A stretch of DNA of 64,000 bases from assembly GCA_045575975.1 (NCBI GenBank), contig JAZNFO010000014.1, positions 1,611-65,610 on the forward strand, read 5' to 3'. Source of the DNA: Clostridia bacterium. Its GTDB lineage: Bacteria > Bacillota > Clostridia > Monoglobales > Monoglobaceae. The notes under the pieces are model-generated. The model worked only from the letters and a program-made list of their open reading frames with translations, made no database searches and was not told the origin of the DNA. Positions 38,879 through 49,101 of the stretch are shown here, piece after piece; within the stretch, counting starts at the first letter, position 1, and the number at the start of each line of letters is the position of its first letter. Made by a program: the position numbers and the translations under genes.

Positions 38879-40339
38879 ATGAGTAACGAAATAAGAACAA
38901 GATTTGCCCCAAGCCCAACAGGTTATATGCATATCGGTAATTTAAGAACAGCCCTTTATGCATATTTGCTTGCAAAATCAAAGGGTGGAAAATTTATATT
39001 GAGAATAGAGGACACAGACCAGGAAAGATATGTAGACGGTGCAGTTGATGTTATCTACCGTACAATGAAAGATACAGGTCTTATTCATGATGAAGGTCCG
39101 GATGTTGGCGGAGATTATGGTCCTTATATTCAGAGCGAAAGAAGAGGTCTTTACAAAGAATATGCAGAAAAGCTGGTTGAACTTGGCCACGCGTATTATT
39201 GCTTCTGTGATAAAGAAAGACTGGAAGCATTGAGAGTGAGACAAACCGCAGCAAAGGTGCCAACAAAATATGACGGACACTGCAGCAAGCTTTCAAAGGA
39301 AGAAATTGAAGAAAAAATTAAGGCAGGAGTTCCATATGTAATCCGTCAAAAAGTTCCAACACACGGAAAAACAACATTCAAGGATGAGGTTTTTGGCGAG
39401 ATTTCTGTTGATAATGCAATTTTAGATGATAATGTTCTTTTAAAGGCTGACGGACTCCCAACTTATAATTTTGCAAATGTTGTTGATGATCACTTAATGA
39501 ACATAACTCATGTTATAAGAGGTTCTGAATATTTGTCATCAACCCCGAAATATAATCTTCTTTATGAGGCATTTGGCTGGGAAATTCCAAAATATATCCA
39601 TGTTTCTCCTGTTATGAAGGATGCAACTAAAAAGCTTTCAAAAAGAGAAGGTGATGCATCATATGAAGATTTCATTAAAAAAGGGTATTTAAAAGAAGCA
39701 ATTGTAAACTATATTGTTCTTTTGGGCTGGGCTCCAAAGGGAGACAGAGAAAAATATACTATTGATGAGCTTATGGAAATATTTGATGTTGACGGAATAA
39801 GCAAATCACCTGCTATATTCGATGAAAAGAAACTTGCTTGGCTTAACGGGGAATATTTAAGAGAAATGTCTTTTGAAGATTTCCATAAGGCTGCATTACC
39901 ATTTTATGAGGGTGTAATCACAAATCCTGCAATTGACCTTGAAAAGGTTTCAGCCCTTCTTCAGCAGAGATGTGAAAAACTTTCAGATATTCCTGAGCAG
40001 GTTGACTTTTTTGATAACCTTCCTGAATATGACAATGAACTTTACACTCATAAGAAGATGAAAACAAATCCTGAAAATTCACTCGAAGCATTAAAGGAAG
40101 CCCTTCCTGTTATTGAAAATATGACAGAGTGGACAGGGGAGAGTATTCACGATGAGCTTATTGCTCTAGCTCAGAGACTTGAACTGAAAAACGGCAGAAT
40201 TTTGTGGCCGGTCAGAGTTGCCATTTCAGGAAAAGCGTTCACACCGGGCGGTGCAGTTGAAATTGCTGAAATTCTTGGCAAGGAAGAAACAATAAACAGA
40301 ATTAAAAAAGGTATCAGCCAGCTTGAAAGTGCTATTTAA
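38879..40339 (+). CDS. gltX: Glutamyl-tRNA synthetase
   Basis: HIGH-type motif PTGYMHIGN and KMSKS-type KLSKR. Confidence 0.95.
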   Translation: MSNEIRTRFAPSPTGYMHIGNLRTALYAYLLAKSKGGKFILRIEDTDQERYVDGAVDVIYRTMKDTGLIHDEGPDVGGDYGPYIQSERRGLYKEYAEKLVELGHAYYCFCDKERLEALRVRQTAAKVPTKYDGHCSKLSKEEIEEKIKAGVPYVIRQKVPTHGKTTFKDEVFGEISVDNAILDDNVLLKADGLPTYNFANVVDDHLMNITHVIRGSEYLSSTPKYNLLYEAFGWEIPKYIHVSPVMKDATKKLSKREGDASYEDFIKKGYLKEAIVNYIVLLGWAPKGDREKYTIDELMEIFDVDGISKSPAIFDEKKLAWLNGEYLREMSFEDFHKAALPFYEGVITNPAIDLEKVSALLQQRCEKLSDIPEQVDFFDNLPEYDNELYTHKKMKTNPENSLEALKEALPVIENMTEWTGESIHDELIALAQRLELKNGRILWPVRVAISGKAFTPGGAVEIAEILGKEETINRIKKGISQLESAI

Positions 40340-40354
40340 GAAAGAAGGATAATA

Positions 40355-41548
40355 ATGAACATTTCAGATAAATTTGCAGACAGAGTAAAACATCTCGAAG
40401 CATCAGCAATAAGAGAAATTTTTAAGCTTCTTGCGAAGCCGGGAATTATTTCATTTGCAGGCGGAGCTCCTGCTCCTGAACTTTTTCCTAAAAAAGAGCT
40501 TGCTGAAATTTCCAAGGAAATACTTGAAACAAAAGGAGAAGTTGCCCTCCAGTATGGAGTAACAGAAGGCTATGAACCTCTCCGTAACTGGACAAAGGAA
40601 AAGCTTATAAAAGAGGGAAACTTCAGCGACGGAGATAACTGTATTATAGTAAGCGGAGGCCAGCAGGGGATTGCTCTTGCATCAAAGTCTTTGATAAATC
40701 CGGGAGACGGAGTTGTTTGTGAGCTTCCAAGCTTTATAGGCGGTTTAAATTCATTCCGTTCGTATAACGCGGAAATCCTTGGTGTTCCTCTGAAAGAAGA
40801 CGGAATCGACACAGATGCGTTGGAAGAACTTTTAAAAAATCATTCAAATATAAAGATTTTATACACAATTGCAACATTCCAGAATCCGTCAGGAATAACC
40901 GCATCTATAGAAAAACGAAAGAAGATACTGGAACTTGCATCAAAATATGATTTCCTTATTTTTGAAGATAATCCATATGGCGATTTAAGATTTTCAGGGG
41001 AAGATGTTCCCACAATGAAATCTCTTGATACCGAGGGCAGAGTTATATACTTTGGTTCATTCTCAAAGATTTTATCACCGGGACTCAGACTAGGATTTAC
41101 ATGTGCCAATGCTGAATTAATGGAAAGAATGATTATCTGTAAGCAGGTGTCGGATGTTCACACAAATGTTTTGTCACAGATGGTGGCATATGAATTTTTA
41201 AGTAAATATTCTATTGAAGAACATATAAATAAACTTAGAGAGGTTTATGGCAGAAGATGTAAGCTTATGATAGAGTGTATGGATAAATATTTTCCATCCT
41301 GTGTAACTCACACCTCTCCTGAGGGCGGGTTGTTCCTTTTCTGCACATTGCCTGAAAAATATGACAGTGCAGAGGTTTTAAAAGCCGCACTTGAAAAAGG
41401 GGTAGCCTTTGTGCCGGGAAAAGCAACTATGATAGATGACAAGGCTAAATACAGCACATTCAGATTAAATTATTCAAACGCATCGGAAGAAAATATCGAA
41501 AAGGGTATAAAAATTCTTGGAGAAGTTCTTCACGAAATTATTGACTAA
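40355..41548 (+). CDS. Class I/II PLP-dependent aminotransferase (substrate unknown)
   Basis: 397 aa. Fold-type I pattern with the SFSKILSPGLRLG lysine motif and NPSG. Confidence 0.8.
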   Translation: MNISDKFADRVKHLEASAIREIFKLLAKPGIISFAGGAPAPELFPKKELAEISKEILETKGEVALQYGVTEGYEPLRNWTKEKLIKEGNFSDGDNCIIVSGGQQGIALASKSLINPGDGVVCELPSFIGGLNSFRSYNAEILGVPLKEDGIDTDALEELLKNHSNIKILYTIATFQNPSGITASIEKRKKILELASKYDFLIFEDNPYGDLRFSGEDVPTMKSLDTEGRVIYFGSFSKILSPGLRLGFTCANAELMERMIICKQVSDVHTNVLSQMVAYEFLSKYSIEEHINKLREVYGRRCKLMIECMDKYFPSCVTHTSPEGGLFLFCTLPEKYDSAEVLKAALEKGVAFVPGKATMIDDKAKYSTFRLNYSNASEENIEKGIKILGEVLHEIID

Positions 41549-41577
41549 AAAATTTAAAAGAAAAGGACGAGATTATT

Positions 41578-42603
41578 ATGGCAGAAGCTATAGAAAATGT
41601 AACTCCTAAGAAAAGAATATTAAGCGGTATTCAGCCATCAGGAGCCCTGACACTTGGAAATTATATCGGAGCACTAAAAAACTGGGTTGAATTGCAGAAG
41701 GAAGATATATATGAAAGCTTTTATATGATAGCAGATCTTCACTCAATAACCGTGAGACAGGAGCCAAAGGATTTAAGAAAAAATTCTCTTGATTTGCTGG
41801 CACTGTTTATTGCCTGCGGACTTGATGCTGAAAAAGAACCAATATTTTTCCAGTCACATGTACCGCAGCATACTCAGCTTGGATGGGTGCTTGATTGCTT
41901 TACATATATGGGAGAGCTTTCCCGTATGACACAGTTTAAGGATAAATCAAGAAAGCATGAAAATAATATAAATGCAGGACTTTTCACATATCCGTCGCTT
42001 ATGGCAGCAGATATATTATTGTATCAGGCAGACCTTGTTCCGGTAGGACATGACCAGAAGCAGCATCTGGAGCTTACGAGAGACCTTGCGATAAGATTTA
42101 ATTCAAATTATTCAGATACATTCAAGGTTCCGGAACCATATATCCCAAAAACAGGTGCAAGAATTATGAGTCTTCAGGACCCAAAACAGAAAATGTCAAA
42201 GTCTGACCCTAACGAAAATGCCTATATTTTGCTTTTAGACCCAATTGATAAAATTGTGAAAAAAATCAAAAGAGCAGTAACTGATTCTGATGCGGTTGTA
42301 AGACGGGGTGAAGGCAAAGAAGGTATTGAAAACCTTATGAGTATTTATGGCAGCGTAACAGGAAAAAGCTTTGAGGCAATAGAAAAAGAATTTGACGGCA
42401 AGGGTTATGGTGATTTTAAAAATGCAGTTGCAGAAGCAGTTGCAGCAGAGCTTGAACCCATTCAGGCAAAATATTATGATATTATGAAAAACAAGGATTA
42501 TCTTGAAAGTGTTTACAGAACAGGTGCCCAGAGAGCAGGATATGTTGCTGAAAAAACTGTGAGAAAAGCTTATAAAAAGGTTGGTTTTATCCCCTATAAA
42601 TAA
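41578..42603 (+). CDS. trpS: Tryptophanyl-tRNA synthetase
   Basis: GIQPSG.LTLGNYIG and KMSKS motifs, 341 aa. Confidence 0.95.
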   Translation: MAEAIENVTPKKRILSGIQPSGALTLGNYIGALKNWVELQKEDIYESFYMIADLHSITVRQEPKDLRKNSLDLLALFIACGLDAEKEPIFFQSHVPQHTQLGWVLDCFTYMGELSRMTQFKDKSRKHENNINAGLFTYPSLMAADILLYQADLVPVGHDQKQHLELTRDLAIRFNSNYSDTFKVPEPYIPKTGARIMSLQDPKQKMSKSDPNENAYILLLDPIDKIVKKIKRAVTDSDAVVRRGEGKEGIENLMSIYGSVTGKSFEAIEKEFDGKGYGDFKNAVAEAVAAELEPIQAKYYDIMKNKDYLESVYRTGAQRAGYVAEKTVRKAYKKVGFIPYK

Positions 42604-42615
42604 TAACTACAAAGG

Positions 42616-43668
42616 ATGATAAAAATGATATATAGTAATAATATTTTTGTGTTTTTTGCATTGATTGTTGCCTTTTTATTTTCATTTTCTGCAACTCCGG
42701 TTGTTATAGGACTTGCAAACAAAATTAATGCTCTTGATGTGCCAAAAGACGAAAGAAGAGTTCATAAAAAACCGATTCCCTTAATTGGCGGACTCGCGAT
42801 TTTTTATGGTTTTGTTATAAGTGTTCTTTGCTTTGCGGTTATTGATAAAACAACTATGGGTATTTTAATTGGAGCCTTGATTATGGTAACGGTTGGAGTT
42901 ATTGATGATATAAAGGACCTTCCTGCAAAGGTAAAGCTTCTTTTTCAGATAATTGCAGCACTTATTGCGGTTTGGTTCGGGATAAAAATAGGATATATTG
43001 AAAATCGTTTTTCTGAATGGTTTGGACCAACATATATAAATCTAAAGTGGCTTGCTGTTCCCATAACAGTTATCTGGATTATCGGTGTAACAAATGCGGT
43101 AAATCTTATAGACGGACTTGACGGTCTTGCAGTTGGTATATCATCTATTGCATCAGTTACATTTTTAGTTCTCACAATATTTTCTCAAAACCTTAATGTA
43201 GCAATTATGACAGCGGCACTTGCAGGTGCTGGCTTTGGATTTTTGCCCTATAACTTTAATCCAGCAAAAATATTTATGGGAGACACAGGATCAACATTTT
43301 TAGGTTTTGTGCTTGCTTGTATTTCAGTTCAGGGACTTTTAAAGTTCCATGCTGTTATATCATTTGCGGTGCCGGTTTTGATTCTGGGACTACCTATTTT
43401 TGATACTTTGTTTGCAATCTTAAGAAGATTGTTTACAGGCCGTTCTATTATGTCTCCTGACAGAGGTCACCTTCATCACAGACTCTTAGATATGGGATTT
43501 TCTCAAAGACAGACGGTAACAATTTTATATACTCTGACAAGTATACTGTGCCTTACTGCGGTTGTAATGTCTCTTAAAAATATAACAAGAGCACTGATAC
43601 TTATTTTTGCAGTTCTTGGCATAATTCTTGTAAGTTCCGTAGTTGTTGATTCAAACAAGGATAAATAA
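42616..43668 (+). CDS. MraY/WecA-family polyprenyl-phosphate N-acetylhexosamine-1-phosphate transferase (TagO-like)
   Basis: NAVNLIDGLDGLA and MGDTGS motifs, polytopic. Confidence 0.85.
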   Translation: MIKMIYSNNIFVFFALIVAFLFSFSATPVVIGLANKINALDVPKDERRVHKKPIPLIGGLAIFYGFVISVLCFAVIDKTTMGILIGALIMVTVGVIDDIKDLPAKVKLLFQIIAALIAVWFGIKIGYIENRFSEWFGPTYINLKWLAVPITVIWIIGVTNAVNLIDGLDGLAVGISSIASVTFLVLTIFSQNLNVAIMTAALAGAGFGFLPYNFNPAKIFMGDTGSTFLGFVLACISVQGLLKFHAVISFAVPVLILGLPIFDTLFAILRRLFTGRSIMSPDRGHLHHRLLDMGFSQRQTVTILYTLTSILCLTAVVMSLKNITRALILIFAVLGIILVSSVVVDSNKDK

Positions 43669-43730
43669 TACAATAGATAAAATTTTGAAGTTAATTAATA
43701 ATTTATATAAAAAACAGGAGGTTATTTTGT

Positions 43731-45500
43731 ATGACAAATAACAAAAAAGTGCTTACATGGCTTGAAGAAATGAAAGCCCTCTGCAAACCTGATAATGTGG
43801 TTTGGATTGACGGAAGCGAAGAACAAATTGAAGCATTAAGAGCAGAAGCAGTTTCAACAGGCGAATTAATTAAGCTTAATCAGGAAAAGCTTCCTGGCTG
43901 TTATTATCACAGAACTGCTGTGAATGATGTTGCTCGTGTTGAAGACAGAACATTTATCTGTACTCCAACAAAGGAAGAAGCAGGTCCGATAAATAACTGG
44001 GTTGACCCAAAAGAAATGTATGCAAAGCTTAATGCATTATACGATGGAAGTATGATTGGAAGAACAATGTATGTTATCCCATATTCTATGGGACCTGTTG
44101 GTTCACCATTTTCAAAAATAGGAATTGAGCTAACAGACAGCATTTATGTTGTTTTAAATATGATTATTATGACAAGAGTTGGCAAAGCTGTTATAGAAGC
44201 TCTTGGTGAAGAGGGAGATTTTATTAAATGTCTCCATGCTAAAAAGGATATTGACCCTGAAGAAAGATATATTGTTCATTTCCCACAGGATAACACAATT
44301 ATGTCTGTTAACTCAGGTTATGGCGGAAATGTTCTTTTAGGCAAGAAATGTTTCGCACTCAGAATTGCTTCATACCTCGGTATGAAAGAAGGCTGGATGG
44401 CTGAACATATGCTTATTCTTGGTCTTGAAAATCCAAAGGGCGAAGTGAAATATATCTGTGCCGCTTTCCCGTCTGCTTGCGGGAAGACAAATCTTGCAAT
44501 GCTTATTCCACCGGAAGGACTTAAAGCTCAGGGCTACAAAGTCTGGACAGTTGGTGATGATATTGCATGGATCAGAGTTGGGGAAGATGGAAGATTATAT
44601 GCTGTTAACCCAGAGGCTGGTTTCTTCGGTGTTGCTCCGGGAACAAGTGTTAAAACAAACTTTAATGCACTTGAATCAACAAAGAAAAACACAATTTTCA
44701 CAAATGTTGCTATAAACAATGATGATATGACAGTTTGGTGGGAAGGTCTTGATAAGAATCCACCGGAAAATGCAACAGAGTGGACAGGTATTGAATGTAA
44801 CGGTAAGGAATTCTTTGCGGAAGGCAAGAAGCTTGCTAATCCAAACTCAAGATTTACAGCTCCTGCTATTAACTGCCCTTGCATTTCACCTGAATTTGAA
44901 AATCCTGCAGGTGTTCCGATTTCTGCTATCGTATTTGGTGGAAGAAGAGCAAAAACAGCTCCGCTTGTATATCAGGCTCGTGACTGGAATCATGGTGTAT
45001 TTGTTGGTGCAACAATGGCATCAGAAACAACTGCAGCTGCAGCAGGTGCTGTTGGTGTAGTAAGACGAGACCCGATGGCTATGCGTCCATTCGTAGGATA
45101 CAATATGGCTGATTACTTCCAGCACTGGTATGACATGGGTAAAAAGATTTCTAACCCGCCACAGATATTCAATGTTAACTGGTTCAGACTTGATGATGAA
45201 GGTAACTTTATGTGGCCGGGATTTGGTGACAATATGAGAGTTCTTAACTGGATTTTATCTCGTTGTGCAGGCGAAGTTGATGCAGTTGAAACTGAAATCG
45301 GTTTTGTTCCAAAGAAAGAAGATCTTGACCTTGAAGGTCTTGATATTGATGATGCAACATTAACAGAACTTCTTTCAATCGACAAAGAGGTTTGGAAAGA
45401 AGAAGTTGCAAACCAGAGAGAATTCTTTGCTCAGTTCGGAGATAAGCTTCCGCAGGAAATCAAAGACAGTATGGATGAACTTGAAAAGAGACTTTCTTAA
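43731..45500 (+). CDS. pck: Phosphoenolpyruvate carboxykinase (GTP-dependent)
   Basis: 589 aa. The kinase-1a P-loop FPSACGKTN and the WMAEHMLI motif are typical of GTP-PEPCK. Confidence 0.93.
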   Translation: MTNNKKVLTWLEEMKALCKPDNVVWIDGSEEQIEALRAEAVSTGELIKLNQEKLPGCYYHRTAVNDVARVEDRTFICTPTKEEAGPINNWVDPKEMYAKLNALYDGSMIGRTMYVIPYSMGPVGSPFSKIGIELTDSIYVVLNMIIMTRVGKAVIEALGEEGDFIKCLHAKKDIDPEERYIVHFPQDNTIMSVNSGYGGNVLLGKKCFALRIASYLGMKEGWMAEHMLILGLENPKGEVKYICAAFPSACGKTNLAMLIPPEGLKAQGYKVWTVGDDIAWIRVGEDGRLYAVNPEAGFFGVAPGTSVKTNFNALESTKKNTIFTNVAINNDDMTVWWEGLDKNPPENATEWTGIECNGKEFFAEGKKLANPNSRFTAPAINCPCISPEFENPAGVPISAIVFGGRRAKTAPLVYQARDWNHGVFVGATMASETTAAAAGAVGVVRRDPMAMRPFVGYNMADYFQHWYDMGKKISNPPQIFNVNWFRLDDEGNFMWPGFGDNMRVLNWILSRCAGEVDAVETEIGFVPKKEDLDLEGLDIDDATLTELLSIDKEVWKEEVANQREFFAQFGDKLPQEIKDSMDELEKRLS

Positions 45501-45509
45501 TTCTAAATA

Positions 45510-45540
45510 TAAAAAGCCTTGCAATTGCAAGGCTTTTTTA
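45510..45540. terminator. Bidirectional terminator
   Basis: AAAAAGCCTTGCAATTGCAAGGCTTTTTT (perfect palindrome). Confidence 0.9.
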
Positions 45541-45549
45541 TTTTGAAAA

Positions 45550-46107
45550 CTAAAGCGGATTACCATTTTTATCAAAAACAGGAAGAGGTTCAAGGAAAAT
45601 AATATCTTTTCGGTCTTTAGCATCACCTTCTGCAAGAACAGCTGCCTTTCCCACAATTTCTCCTCCAACCTTATTAACAAGATTTTCAAGTGCTGAAAGA
45701 GATTCGCCTGTGCTGATAACATCATCAACTATTAAAACTTTCTTTCCTTTCAAAGCATTTATTTCGTCTCTTCCAATGCATAAAGTTTGTTTATGCTCTG
45801 TTGTTATTGAATCAACATCTGTTGTTAAAATATCTTTCATATAAAGCTTTGGACCTTTTCGTGCTATGATATAGTTGTCAGCACCTGACTGGCGGGCCAT
45901 TTCGTATATTAGAGGAATACTCTTGCATTCAGCGGTTAACATAATATCATATTCCGGAACTATTTTTAAAAGCTCGGTTGCGCAAGCCTTTGTTATTTCA
46001 ACATCGCCGAACATTATAAATGCGGCTATGTATAAGTCGTCATTTATTCTGCAAAGGGGGAGACTTCTTTCAACCCCTGCAATTTTCATTGTATAACTTT
46101 TTTCCAT
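45550..46107 (-). CDS. Type I phosphoribosyltransferase-family protein, substrate unknown
   Basis: PRPP-binding motif VLIVDDVISTGES. Start moved to ATG 46107 behind GAGGTGG. Confidence 0.7.
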   Translation of the reverse strand: MEKSYTMKIAGVERSLPLCRINDDLYIAAFIMFGDVEITKACATELLKIVPEYDIMLTAECKSIPLIYEMARQSGADNYIIARKGPKLYMKDILTTDVDSITTEHKQTLCIGRDEINALKGKKVLIVDDVISTGESLSALENLVNKVGGEIVGKAAVLAEGDAKDRKDIIFLEPLPVFDKNGNPL

Positions 46108-46175
46108 AATAAGACCACCTCTTAAATTACTCATATGTATATTATACACCAAATTTTAAAATTTTCAAGGCATTT

Positions 46176-47945
46176 TTATTGATTTATCAAAACGGAAATT
46201 CTGTTTAAGATAACAGCAGCTTCTGCCCTTGTGGCATTTCCGTATGGTTTAAAAGTGTTATCCTCATATCCGTTTATAATTTTTTTATTGTGCAGAGCAA
46301 AAACTGCATCCTTTGCATAGTCTCTGATTTCAGCCTGGTCAGTAAAATCCAAGGAACCCTTTATATTATCATCAATAATTTCTTCTTTAACAAGTATGCG
46401 GTATACTAAAACAGCCATATCCTGCCGTGTTATTAAGCTTTCAGGAGCAAATTCATTTTCACTTAAACCTTGTATCAAATCTAATTCTCTTAATATACCT
46501 ATGTCATTATAATAGTATTTTTCAGGAGAAACATCTGAAAAATTATCTTCAAAATCTGCCTTTTTGTTAAGTAGTCTCGAAATCATAACAGCAAACTGCC
46601 CTCTTGTTAATTTCTCCATAACTCCAAAGCTCCCGTCTCCCATACCACTTATTATTCCATTTTTGTGAAGAGCCTTTATATCTTCTTTAGCCCATGGTGC
46701 ATAATCAAGGTCAGAAAAAATGTCTCTTTCTTTGTTGTTTGCAGATGTAACAGCCTTTTTAAATTCAGGGGATTCAATACTTGATAATCTGTAGAGACAG
46801 TAGCCTGAGATATTGTCGTTGTATTTTGCAATATTAATCTGTTTTTCTATTTCAACTATGCCGCTTTCACAAAACCATATACTTTCGGTATCTGTAGTCT
46901 CGGACACCCTGTATGCTGCCTGACCAATATATAATTGAGTTTTTGTACCCTTGCATACATTCGCCCACCAGTCTGTGAGAACTTTATAGTCTGCCCCAGC
47001 ATAACCGATATTCCAGTATATTTGAGGGATAATGTAGTCAATCATATTTTCCATAGCCCATTTTCTGGTGTCTGCATAGGATGAAAAATAAGCTTCTCTG
47101 CCGTTTGTATCACTGCCGTCTTTATGATTTTTCTTGTTTGCCCATATACCCTGGGGACTAACTCCGAACTTGGTAAAAGGATTTGCCTCTTTGATTTTCT
47201 TATTCATTTTAATAATGAGTTCATCAATGTTGTGTCTTCGCCAATCGTCTATATTTTCAAAATCCTTTCCATATTCTGAAAACGACCAGTTATCCGGAAA
47301 ATCCTCCCCCGGATAAAAATAATCATCAATCTGTATTCCATCAACATTGTAGTTTTTAACTATTTCCATTGCACCCTCTGCAACAAAGTCATTTACTTCG
47401 GGAATACCGGGATTAAGATAAAGTTTTCCATTATAATTGATAACCCAATCAGGATGCAAAGCTGAAATGGAATTTTCCGGTTGATTTTCGGTTTCCTGAA
47501 CAGTTGATGTCACTCTGTATGGATTTATCCAGGCATGGATTTTAATGTCATTTTTGTGGCAAATATCAATCATATATTTAAGGGGATCAAAATTGTTGTC
47601 AGGAGCAAGTCCAAATTCCCCTGTCAGGTATTTCGACCAGGGAAAAATTTCTGATTTATAGAAAGCATCAGAGGAGGGGCGAACCTGAAAAAAGATTGTG
47701 TTAAAGCCCATATCTTTTGCATCCTTAACCATTATATCAAGCTCTTTTTTCAAGGTTTTTGAATTCGTTGTAGGATTTTTAGGAAAGTCAAGTGAAAAAA
47801 CCGTGGCAACCCAAACTCCCTTGACGGTGTCTTCTTCTTTTGCATAACTTTTGTCTGTTGATACGGGTATGCCCTGAAGAGAGCTTTGTGCAAAAAAGCA
47901 TCCAAGAAACAGTAGAACCACAATTAGCTTAAATTTATTAATCAT
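46176..47945 (-). CDS. Secreted GH10-like (DUF187/YngK-type) hydrolase with three C-terminal SLH repeats
   Basis: N-terminal signal peptide and a TIM-barrel-like N-terminal two-thirds. The C-terminus has three repeats of the S-layer-homology type (...GIISGMGDGSFG...TRGQFAVM; ...GLSENEFAPE..ITRQDMAV; ...INGYEDNTFKPYGNATRAEAAV). ATG 47945 has better SD spacing than the ORF-track GTG 47954. Confidence 0.75.
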   Translation of the reverse strand: MINKFKLIVVLLFLGCFFAQSSLQGIPVSTDKSYAKEEDTVKGVWVATVFSLDFPKNPTTNSKTLKKELDIMVKDAKDMGFNTIFFQVRPSSDAFYKSEIFPWSKYLTGEFGLAPDNNFDPLKYMIDICHKNDIKIHAWINPYRVTSTVQETENQPENSISALHPDWVINYNGKLYLNPGIPEVNDFVAEGAMEIVKNYNVDGIQIDDYFYPGEDFPDNWSFSEYGKDFENIDDWRRHNIDELIIKMNKKIKEANPFTKFGVSPQGIWANKKNHKDGSDTNGREAYFSSYADTRKWAMENMIDYIIPQIYWNIGYAGADYKVLTDWWANVCKGTKTQLYIGQAAYRVSETTDTESIWFCESGIVEIEKQINIAKYNDNISGYCLYRLSSIESPEFKKAVTSANNKERDIFSDLDYAPWAKEDIKALHKNGIISGMGDGSFGVMEKLTRGQFAVMISRLLNKKADFEDNFSDVSPEKYYYNDIGILRELDLIQGLSENEFAPESLITRQDMAVLVYRILVKEEIIDDNIKGSLDFTDQAEIRDYAKDAVFALHNKKIINGYEDNTFKPYGNATRAEAAVILNRISVLINQ

Positions 47946-47960
47946 AATTTTCACCTCTGT

Positions 47961-48005
47961 AAATTAAAAACACCGATATAAATATTAAAAAAACATCGGT
48001 GTTTT
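47961..48005 (-). terminator. Terminator of the pot operon
   Basis: Arms AAAACACCGAT (47967-47977) / ATCGGTGTTTT (47995-48005) with a large loop. On the minus strand it is followed by TTTTTAATTT. Confidence 0.6.
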
Positions 48006-48042
48006 ATTGTTTATTAAATTATATGCTTGTCTTTATGAGTTA

Positions 48043-49086
48043 TTACTGAGATTTAACCTTTGTCCAAAGCTCAGCGCTATATTTTTTTATTTCCGGTTTT
48101 TGATAGTAGAAGCTTTCGTCCTTGTCATAGCCTGTTCTTGGAACATATGCATTAATATCTTTGTAGATATCGTTTTTCATTTCTTCAAAAACAGCTTCAA
48201 CTGATGAACTGTATCCAACCTGTTCAGTGTTCTTTCTTGCATTTTCTTTATCAATCATAAAGTTAATAAATTTATGAGCAAGCTCTTTTTTCTCGCTGGT
48301 TTTTGTGATAACCATACCGTCAATCCAGAAATTTGTACCCTCTTGTGGTTCGTAATATCCAAGATTTTCATTTTCGGACATAATGTATGTTGCATCCCCT
48401 GAATAAACAATAGCTATGCTTTTGTTTCCGGAAATCATATTGTCGATAACATCATCACCAACATAAATTGGATTCATTGTCTGGTTTTGTTCTATAAGCC
48501 ATTCATATGCTTTGTCGAACTCATCCTTATTTTCAGTGTTAAGAGAATAGCCAAGATTTTTGAGCGCTATCATAAAGGAGTCTCTTTCGCTGTCATACAT
48601 ATAGAGCTGGTCTTTATATTTTGTATTTTTAAGAATTCCCCAGCCCTGATTTTTAAGGTCTTCCTCGTCAACCGTTGTTTTGTCATAAAGAATACCAACA
48701 GTACCCCAGAAATAAGGGACAGAGTATTTATTTTCAGGGTCATGGTGCTTGCCCAGAAGTTCTTTTTTTATGCCCTGGTAGTTGGGGATAAGGCTCAGAT
48801 CAATTTCAGAAAGCATATCCTCTTTAACAAGTCTTTCTATCATATAATCAGAAGGAATAATAACATCATAAAGCTCACCGCTGGAAACCTTTGTGTACAT
48901 TGATTCATTAGAATCAAAGGTTTCATATATAACCTTGCAGTTTTCTGCCTTTTCAAATTCCTTTAAAAGTTCAGTGTCAATATATTCACCTGCGTTATAT
49001 ATTTTTATAGATTCTCTGTCATCTTTGCAGGCACAGAATGAAAAAACAATTGAAAGTGTCAATAGGATAATTAAAAATTTTTTCAT
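48043..49086 (-). CDS. potD: Spermidine/putrescine ABC transporter substrate-binding lipoprotein
   Basis: Lipoprotein signal (…SFCAC). PotD-type periplasmic binding protein, 347 aa. Confidence 0.88.
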   Translation of the reverse strand: MKKFLIILLTLSIVFSFCACKDDRESIKIYNAGEYIDTELLKEFEKAENCKVIYETFDSNESMYTKVSSGELYDVIIPSDYMIERLVKEDMLSEIDLSLIPNYQGIKKELLGKHHDPENKYSVPYFWGTVGILYDKTTVDEEDLKNQGWGILKNTKYKDQLYMYDSERDSFMIALKNLGYSLNTENKDEFDKAYEWLIEQNQTMNPIYVGDDVIDNMISGNKSIAIVYSGDATYIMSENENLGYYEPQEGTNFWIDGMVITKTSEKKELAHKFINFMIDKENARKNTEQVGYSSSVEAVFEEMKNDIYKDINAYVPRTGYDKDESFYYQKPEIKKYSAELWTKVKSQ

Positions 49087-49101
49087 AGTAAAAATCCTTT
49101 C

